Shown: positions 17,801 through 22,671 of the stretch, in pieces
Layout: each line of letters starts with the position of its first letter
How positions within the stretch are numbered: the first letter of the stretch is position 1
NCBI GenBank assembly: GCA_037440465.1
Contig: JBBIUB010000013.1
Span: 1-22,671 of the forward strand
DNA length: 22,671 bases
DNA from: Coprothermobacterota bacterium
Lineage (GTDB): Bacteria > Coprothermobacterota > HKB111
Direction: 5' to 3'
The notes under the pieces: model-generated
Seen by the model: only the letters and a program-made list of their open reading frames with translations
Databases searched by the model: none
What the model was told of the DNA's origin: nothing
Translations under genes and position numbers: made by a program

Positions 17801-17885
17801 TTTTTGTCAGATTCTCTTCAACTTTTTTAGAACCGGAGGAGATACAACCGCTACCTGCGCAAATTAAAGCTTGAATTCTATACAT
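14817..17885 (-). CDS. Fusion of a HydB/NuoF-like subunit with a GltD/NfnB-like FAD/NAD(P)H oxidoreductase
   Basis: N-terminal part: CAGSGC..GCRGAC, GRGGAGFP, NADEGDPGAFMD, ESCGKCPPC, CPAGVC. C-terminal part: PCENECP, CGRVCHHPCE, IIGAGPAG, YAIPEYRLP, VVGGGNVAID, YRR, GGDVVTG, RCLRC. Confidence 0.93.
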   Translation of the reverse strand: MYRIQALICAGSGCISSGSKKVEENLTKTLVEYNLQNEIQIIETGCRGACEQGPLLLVYPEGVIYRKLKPEDSRIIVEEHFLKGRLVEQLLFTEPGKDLIISKLEEIPFFKKQTRFVLRNCGTTDPLKIEEYIARDGYLALGKALLEMTPEGVIDEMKTSGIRGRGGAGFPTGVKWEYCRKTESNQKYIICNADEGDPGAFMDRSVLEGSSYSVVEGMTIAAYAIGASQGYVYVRAEYPLAVERLSLAIKRAREIGLLGKNILGSGFNFDIEIRIGAGAFVCGEETALLSSIEGKRGEPRPRPPYPAQKGLWGKPTVINNVETLANVPLIIHHGSSWFRSMGTEKSPGTKIFALAGKINNSGLVEVPMGMPLKEVIYEIGGGIPEGKTFKAALTGGPSGGVIPAQHINTPLDFESLADLGSIMGSGGLIVLDNTACMVDIAQFFLTFTADESCGKCPPCRAGTKELLKILNRITHGTGTMEDLDKIESLALLIKSSSLCGLGQTAPNPVLSTLRHFRHEYEAHILDKRCPAGVCSDLMVSPCENECPININVPGYLQLVLEDKVFDAYDLILESNPLPAVCGRVCHHPCEEVCRRAQLDQPVAIDNVKRYIVDYVFSHWEEYKKQSKVGNLPPIPKNNHRVAIIGAGPAGLTAAYFLAKLGYKTTIFEANPEPGGMLRYAIPEYRLPKALLNREIQNILDLGVELKLNTIVGEDITIEDLKHQGFEVIFISTGAQKGQLIKLTGDNLEGVLSGLDFLKRVNSGEKVLVGEKVVVVGGGNVAIDASRTALRLGSKEVTILYRREKEDMPAEPHEIEEAEHEGVKFIFLGSPSAIFGEDSKVNGIRYTRMTLGEYDDGGRRRPVSTNEELILDCDNVILAVGQITETAGLLSATGLELSKGGFVLTNKHTLETSIPMIYSGGDVVTGPATVSGAMGQGKRFARTIDSYFNGEDRLSLIKASYDYAKEIPPDQEEQEREKPETISLSRRTNNFREVVKTYSAEQARKECNRCLRCDVKEEVQNEM

Positions 17886-17909
17886 TATAATAAAAATCCT
17901 CCTGAGTTA

Positions 17910-18272
17910 CTATGATGAACGTACAACCCACTCTCCAATGATCTGCCCATTAATTACATGCTCTACCACAATCCTTCTTGCCATTTCTGGTGTAATCAAG
18001 CCATAAGTAACAACAGGAAGCCCAGGCCGTTCAACTGTTACCAAAGGTTCTTTAGCATCAAGACCAATTGAACCGGTTTGAAGAATTTCAACATCAGAAA
18101 ATTTTCTTATCTCAAGTTCATTGATAATCGCCTTCAGAACTTCTCTGGCACCAGAAGCAATTCCAGTAGTACCCATACCAACGGTAATCTTAACCCGTTC
18201 TCCGTGTTCTCTTATTTTCATTTCTTCTTTAATCTGTTCCCTAAGCTTCTTTAAATCTTCCAAAGATTTCAT
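17910..18272 (-). CDS. Thioredoxin-like ferredoxin-fold protein (HydD/HndB-like), lacking cysteines
   Basis: MKSLEDLKKLRE, VGMGTTGIASGAR, QTGSIGLDAKEPLV, IVVEHVING; position between HATPase and hydB-like genes. Confidence 0.85.
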   Translation of the reverse strand: MKSLEDLKKLREQIKEEMKIREHGERVKITVGMGTTGIASGAREVLKAIINELEIRKFSDVEILQTGSIGLDAKEPLVTVERPGLPVVTYGLITPEMARRIVVEHVINGQIIGEWVVRSS

Positions 18273-18813
18273 TTGGTATACCTCCAGATAGTTTTATTAG
18301 TTGTTCTTTCAAATACTCTTCTAAAAATTTGAGTACTTGAGGATGATTAACAGGAACATCTTCTAAGCTTACTTTAAAATCATTTAAAGAAAATGTAAAA
18401 GCATTTCCAGCAAAAGAATGGTTGTAAATTAAATCAAGATCAGGATGAAGAGCTACAATAGAAACAAGGGTAGAAGTTATATTTCCTAAAGGAGGTAAAT
18501 CTATACATCCTTTAGGAAGTTGAAGTTTGATATTTGTTCCTTTCCCTTTAATGCTATTTACCTCCAGTTTGCCCCCACACATATCTGCTATTTCTTTAAT
18601 GAATGGCAAACCAAGACCTACTTTTTTCCCTTTAGTAGAGAAAAAAGGATTTAAAACCTGGCTCACTTCTTCCTCCAGCATACCAGCTCCATCGTCATTC
18701 AATTCCAGATAAAAATACTTCTCTGATTCTTCTATATTTAAAAAAACTTTACTGGCTTTTGCTGCTACCGAATTCTCAATAAGGTCAAGTATGTTTAACG
18801 AGAGTTCTTTCAA
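18241..18813 (-). CDS. Stand-alone histidine-kinase-like ATPase (HATPase_c)
   Basis: ENS N-box, DDGAGM G1, PFFSTK F-box, GLGL G2, GKGT; TTG start in a TTGA overlap with the upstream stop. Confidence 0.9.
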   Translation of the reverse strand: MKELSLNILDLIENSVAAKASKVFLNIEESEKYFYLELNDDGAGMLEEEVSQVLNPFFSTKGKKVGLGLPFIKEIADMCGGKLEVNSIKGKGTNIKLQLPKGCIDLPPLGNITSTLVSIVALHPDLDLIYNHSFAGNAFTFSLNDFKVSLEDVPVNHPQVLKFLEEYLKEQLIKLSGGIPNEIFGRFKEA

Positions 18814-19298
18814 TCGTACGACTCAACGATGTTCTTAACCTTCGTAGGGGTAAGACGCCCGTAGATATCATGACCAACAGTCATGACTGGAGCTATTCCA
18901 CAAGCACCAAGACATCTCAGGATATTCAGAGAAAACTTTCTATCTTCAGTAGTATCTCCTATTTCAATACCGAGGGACTTTTTGATAGTGTCCATTACTG
19001 CTCTACCACCTCGTACATAGCAAGCTGTCCCCAGGCATACAGATATAGGATGTTTTCCTTTAGGTTTCATAGTAAAGAAGTTATAAAATGTTACTATACC
19101 ATATACCTCTTTTACTGGAAGACCCAATTTTTTAGCAATAAAAGACTGCACTTCCTTAGATAGGAAACCAATCAAGTTTTGTACCTCATATAGAACACCA
19201 ATAATAGCCCCACTTCTACCCTTATATCCTTCAATTATTTCTTCTATCCTTTCTTTATACTCTTCTAACTCTGTCGTTTTAGTTATTGTTACATTCAC
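18810..19298 (-). CDS. NuoE/HydC/HndA-like [2Fe-2S] subunit (copy 1)
   Basis: VTFYNFF, CLGTACYVRG, RCLGACGIAPV; GTG start with AGGAGGT SD. Confidence 0.94.
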   Translation of the reverse strand: MNVTITKTTELEEYKERIEEIIEGYKGRSGAIIGVLYEVQNLIGFLSKEVQSFIAKKLGLPVKEVYGIVTFYNFFTMKPKGKHPISVCLGTACYVRGGRAVMDTIKKSLGIEIGDTTEDRKFSLNILRCLGACGIAPVMTVGHDIYGRLTPTKVKNIVESYD

Positions 19299-19331
19299 TT
19301 TAAGCTACCTCCTGAGATTAAACAACTAGAA

Positions 19332-19360
19332 ATTTTAAATATCTTTCATAATTTTGTCAA
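19332..19360 (-). promoter_or_regulatory. Sigma70-type promoter of the hydrogenase operon
   Basis: TTGACA (19355-19360), 17-bp spacer, TAAAAT (19332-19337). Confidence 0.8.
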
Positions 19361-19361
19361 G

Positions 19362-20108
19362 TTAATTACTTAAACCTAAAACCCTTCTTACTGCAACAAG
19401 ATCCTTCATTCTATCAACATCCAGGGCAATTTCAGGGTATGGGAAGAGAATCCCCTTTCCTTCTAACGATGTTAGACCAAAAAATCTTACTTCTAAATCT
19501 TTAATACTAAGACTGCGAGTAAAATATTTAAAAGCCAACTTAAAACCAGCTAATTGAAAGTAAAAGAGAGGTAAAAAACGGGATTTCCTACCTTTTATCA
19601 AAGGAACCATCATTTCTCTTATGGATTGGTAAGCCCTCCTGTTAATAAAAAGCAGGTTACCAATTTTAATCCTTCTATCCTTTATGGGAAAATATGTTTT
19701 AGAGAAAAAAGGATATTTTTCTTCAACTGTATCTTTTAATGAAAAAAAAGCAATAAGATCAGCCTTACTTTCTCTACAATATTTAAATAATAATTCAACC
19801 ATTTCTCCCTCAATTAAAGGAATATCTCCTGAACATACAAGAAATTCATCTGATTTAGAGGAATTTATAGCCTTTTCTATCTTATCCCATATTTCGTTTC
19901 CTTCTATAAAAATGTCTACCTGATTTCTGATATCCTGGCCAATGGTGTCGTCTCCTGTTAAAATAATTCTGTTAGGACCAACACCTTTAAAAGCTGATAT
20001 TACCCTTTCCAGAATGGTAGTGGAGCCGATTCTCAGTAAGGTCTTATTCTCAACACCTTCTCCAGGCCAGGGATAATCTCGTCTTCCTCCCAGGATAATT
20101 ACATCCAT
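19362..20108 (-). CDS. MobA-like nucleotidyltransferase family protein
   Basis: VIILGG..NKTLL N-terminus, SGDIP, C-terminal DVD..DL; substrate unknown. Confidence 0.8.
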   Translation of the reverse strand: MDVIILGGRRDYPWPGEGVENKTLLRIGSTTILERVISAFKGVGPNRIILTGDDTIGQDIRNQVDIFIEGNEIWDKIEKAINSSKSDEFLVCSGDIPLIEGEMVELLFKYCRESKADLIAFFSLKDTVEEKYPFFSKTYFPIKDRRIKIGNLLFINRRAYQSIREMMVPLIKGRKSRFLPLFYFQLAGFKLAFKYFTRSLSIKDLEVRFFGLTSLEGKGILFPYPEIALDVDRMKDLVAVRRVLGLSN

Positions 20109-20750
20109 CTATAGATTCAGAACCCAGACCTCTCCACTTAGTTTTTTTATCTCTCCTGTCTCCAGATGAAGGTTAGGTTTATCCAGATACTTAATTTTAT
20201 CTGAAGTGAAATGTCTGGTGAACATTTCTACTTTATCCAGATCGAATTTAAGGAACCTGGTCTTGTAATGCATCGGGATGGTTATGCGGGGATTCATTGA
20301 CTTTACAATTTCGTATGCGGAATCAGCATCAACTGTAAAAACACCACCCACAGGAATTAGAAGTATGTCTATCTCCCCCATTTGGGATAAGATTTCACTG
20401 GATAAGGTATGCCCCAGATCCCCCAGATGCGCTATCCTTATGCCTTCTCCTTCTAACAGAAATATGATATTGGTTCCTCTTTGGATACCTTTATTTAAAT
20501 CATGGAAAACAGGAATACCATGACAGGTGATTGATCCTATCTTTACTTCTTCAGGCGATTTTATTATTAGGGGCGAACCCTTAACAGCACTTACATTATT
20601 ATGGTCAAAATGGCTATGACTTATTGTCACACAATCTGCGGTTACATCCAGAGAGAGGTAGCCTACTTTCTCATCATAGGGGTCCATAACTACCCTTAGA
20701 CCTCCCAGCTCCACAAGATAACAAGCATGACCCAACCATTTAAGGTACAC
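20109..20750 (-). CDS. Metallo-beta-lactamase-fold hydrolase
   Basis: WLGHAC, SHSHFDH, HLGD, PMHY. Start placed at the second GTG (20750) because AGGAG is only 1 nt from GTG 20759. Confidence 0.9.
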   Translation of the reverse strand: MYLKWLGHACYLVELGGLRVVMDPYDEKVGYLSLDVTADCVTISHSHFDHNNVSAVKGSPLIIKSPEEVKIGSITCHGIPVFHDLNKGIQRGTNIIFLLEGEGIRIAHLGDLGHTLSSEILSQMGEIDILLIPVGGVFTVDADSAYEIVKSMNPRITIPMHYKTRFLKFDLDKVEMFTRHFTSDKIKYLDKPNLHLETGEIKKLSGEVWVLNL

Positions 20751-20869
20751 TTTTTTCACTCTCCTATTAATTTAATTACTAGTATAAAGGTTAAAAGCCT
20801 ATTGTTTGTTATGACATGGCTTTCCTTTTTCAAAAAAAATTAAGAGAGATATATAATTACTATTATTTA

Positions 20870-20898
20870 ATAAAAGCTAAATCTGATTTAGCTTTTAT
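20870..20898. promoter_or_regulatory. Perfect 14-1-14 inverted repeat, operator-like
   Basis: ATAAAAGCTAAATC-T-GATTTAGCTTTTAT, directly downstream of a predicted -10. Confidence 0.7.
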
Positions 20899-20906
20899 AG
20901 CATTTT

Positions 20907-20935
20907 AATATAAACTATTTTTTAAAAAAAGTCAA
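20907..20935 (-). promoter_or_regulatory. Sigma70-type promoter for the MBL/nucleotidyltransferase genes
   Basis: TTGACT (20930-20935), 17-bp spacer, TATATT (20907-20912). Confidence 0.65.
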
Positions 20936-21045
20936 TATTTATTCAAAGATTTGATGTTACTATTTCCAAATGTTAAGGATTATTACTATTTTGGAAATGT
21001 TAATATTTCTGATAGCTTCTAAGTCAAGAAGGGTGACTTTCAGAG

Positions 21046-21320
21046 ATGAAAGAGCAGAGGATTCTGGTTACAATGAAAGATATCCAGAGGTATAAAGTGT
21101 TGCAAGACTCCAACACCTCCCAATAAAAAGATAACCGAACCTTTAAGTAATGATATCCTTAATCTACGGCAAAGTCTTTACTACGATTTACACCTTCTGC
21201 ATTTCAAAGATAAGTTAGCAGAAGACTATAATATCCCCTTATGTTAGGAGTCTTTAAGGCAGCTCATCATCCAGGCTAATGAACACCACCCCAGAAAGAA
21301 GAAGAAGGTTCATAGACAGC
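21046..21320 (+). pseudogene. ISNCY-like transposase remnant (internal deletion, frameshift, stop, 3' truncation)
   Basis: MKEQRILVTMKDIQRYKVLQD, then in another frame PPNKKI..ILNLRQSLYYDLHLLHFKDKLAEDYNIPLC*ESLRQL..RKKKKVHR, resembling ISNCY/IS481-like N-terminal regions. Confidence 0.7.
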
Positions 21321-21366
21321 AAAATAAATTCAGGATGACAATATAAAAATAAATTCAGAATGACAA
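21321..21366 (+). repeat. Two 21-bp direct repeats, half copies of the TTCAGGATGAC REP-like family
   Basis: AAAATAAATTCAGGATGACAA (21321-21341) and AAAATAAATTCAGAATGACAA (21346-21366). Confidence 0.75.
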
Positions 21367-21405
21367 AAAAAGAAGGAAAGTTAACTTGATATGTCTAAAC
21401 TTTTC

Positions 21406-22602
21406 CTAATTCTTTCTTTTCGTCAGGGTAGCTGTTAATATCAGAGACTCACTTGTTTTTCTTCGCACCTCTATATTTACCATCTCCCCTACCCTGTAGT
21501 TCCTTATAATAGAAGTCAGCTCGTACATATTGGCAACTCTTCTTCCGTTTATAGCTATAATGATATCCCCCACCTTCAACCCAGCTTTTATTGCAGGAGT
21601 ATCAGATTCAATTCTTCTTATGACAACCCCAAAATTAACTGGAAAACCTTCTTTTTTTGCCAGTTCCTCATTCAGGTCCTCACCTGCAATTCCTAACCAT
21701 GGCCAAACAGGTTCTCCAAAAGTTAGAATATCTTCTAAAACCTTGCGAGCAACATTGGCAGAAGCAGCAAATCCAAGTCCCTGGGCTCCCTGAACTATGG
21801 CTGTATTGATACCTACTATATTACTATCAAGGTCTAATAGAGGGCCTCCACTGTTTCCTGGATTGATTGCTGCATCGGTTTGAATCAGCCCAACTATTAT
21901 CCTGCCAAGATCTGTTTCAATAGAACGATCGGTAGCACTGACCACACCAGCAGTAACAGTATGTGAAAGTCCGTATGGATTGCCTATGGCTATCACCCTC
22001 TGGCCTACCTTCAGCTTGCTTGAATCACCCCAGTCAAGATAGGGAAAGGTTATATTATCATCAAAAGTGATTCTGAGGATTGCTATGTCAGAGGAAGGGT
22101 CAGTTCCTACTACTTCTGCTTTATAACTTTTTCCATCCAGGGTGGCTACCTCTATATCTGTAGCTCCTTCAACAACATGATTATTAGTTACTACCAACCC
22201 TTGAGGGCTTACTATGGCTCCGGAGGCAAGACCCCTGGTGGGTGTAGCCCGAAAGAAAAAACCCTCCTGTAAACGTATAGTACGGACGCTGACTACAGCT
22301 TCTTTGGCTTTAGAAACAGCATTAATAATGGCTGATTCTTCTTCATAGACTTTACCTTTCATTTCATAAGTAGGTGAATCGAAGATATAGGCAGACTTAA
22401 ATTTAATCAAGTAAGCACTGCTAACAGCCACTCCTACAATAACACCAACTAAAGCCACAACAAATATTATAGATAAGTATTTCCAGGATATAGAGTTAGT
22501 TTTCAACACTTTCTTTTTACTGACTCTTACTTCCTTAGAACTGGTTTCTTCTTCCTGAATATTTTTTTCTTCTTCAGGTATTAAATTCTCTTGGTCTTCC
22601 AC
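21406..22602 (-). CDS. htrA: HtrA/DegP-family membrane-anchored serine protease with one PDZ domain
   Basis: TM helix; triad motifs NNHVV, SDIA, QTDAAINPGNSGG; PDZ WLGI..GLKVGDII; AAGGAGG SD. Confidence 0.95.
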   Translation of the reverse strand: MEDQENLIPEEEKNIQEEETSSKEVRVSKKKVLKTNSISWKYLSIIFVVALVGVIVGVAVSSAYLIKFKSAYIFDSPTYEMKGKVYEEESAIINAVSKAKEAVVSVRTIRLQEGFFFRATPTRGLASGAIVSPQGLVVTNNHVVEGATDIEVATLDGKSYKAEVVGTDPSSDIAILRITFDDNITFPYLDWGDSSKLKVGQRVIAIGNPYGLSHTVTAGVVSATDRSIETDLGRIIVGLIQTDAAINPGNSGGPLLDLDSNIVGINTAIVQGAQGLGFAASANVARKVLEDILTFGEPVWPWLGIAGEDLNEELAKKEGFPVNFGVVIRRIESDTPAIKAGLKVGDIIIAINGRRVANMYELTSIIRNYRVGEMVNIEVRRKTSESLILTATLTKRKN

Positions 22603-22671
22603 TTTCTATTAAACCTCCTTTACATATATATACCTTTTTATATTCAATTTAGTTACTTAGCAGGGTTCAAG

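Noticed and set aside
19333..19351. Rex operator in the hydrogenase promoter spacer (TTATGAAAGATATTTAAAA, minus strand)
   Set aside because: Only the left half resembles TTGTGAA-N4-TTCACAA; the right half is poor at the correct spacing
20809..20817. ATG-TCA-TAA minigene with a weak AAGGA SD in the MBL leader
   Set aside because: Expected by chance in AT-rich DNA; no supporting structure
521..21793. The many short plus-strand ORFs in the track, and minus-strand 7693-7890
   Set aside because: They lie antisense to or out of frame within well-supported genes and show no recognisable motifs; treated as shadow ORFs

Overview
An AT-rich bacterial window in which every intact gene lies on the minus strand. 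The core (2915-19298) is one tightly overlapping operon with a near-consensus sigma70 promoter. Its order is nuoE/hydC-like, HATPase, Cys-less thioredoxin-like hydD, a NuoF/HydB-GltD fusion, a second nuoE, a second nuoF, a NuoG/HydA-like Fe-S subunit, hoxY, hoxH (group 3 [NiFe] hydrogenase), a maturation protease missed by the ORF track (apparent ATA start), then hypABFCDE. The most interesting feature is two diaphorase modules ahead of one [NiFe] catalytic pair. One carries electron-bifurcation-type signatures but has a putative NADP(H)-binding GltD/NfnB domain where the C-terminal ferredoxin domain would be; the other carries non-bifurcating signatures. Flanking genes are mgsA, a membrane-anchored hypothetical protein, an orphan IS1 InsA-like Zn-ribbon/HTH gene, a nucleotidyltransferase, an MBL-fold hydrolase, an ISNCY-like remnant and htrA. 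The region upstream of the InsA-like gene holds phased 19-bp repeats, a 24-bp palindrome of DnaA-box-like 9-mers and a parS-like site. Several REP-like palindrome families are present, one apparently inserted in frame in hypF. All calls come from motif recognition by eye; no database searches were run.
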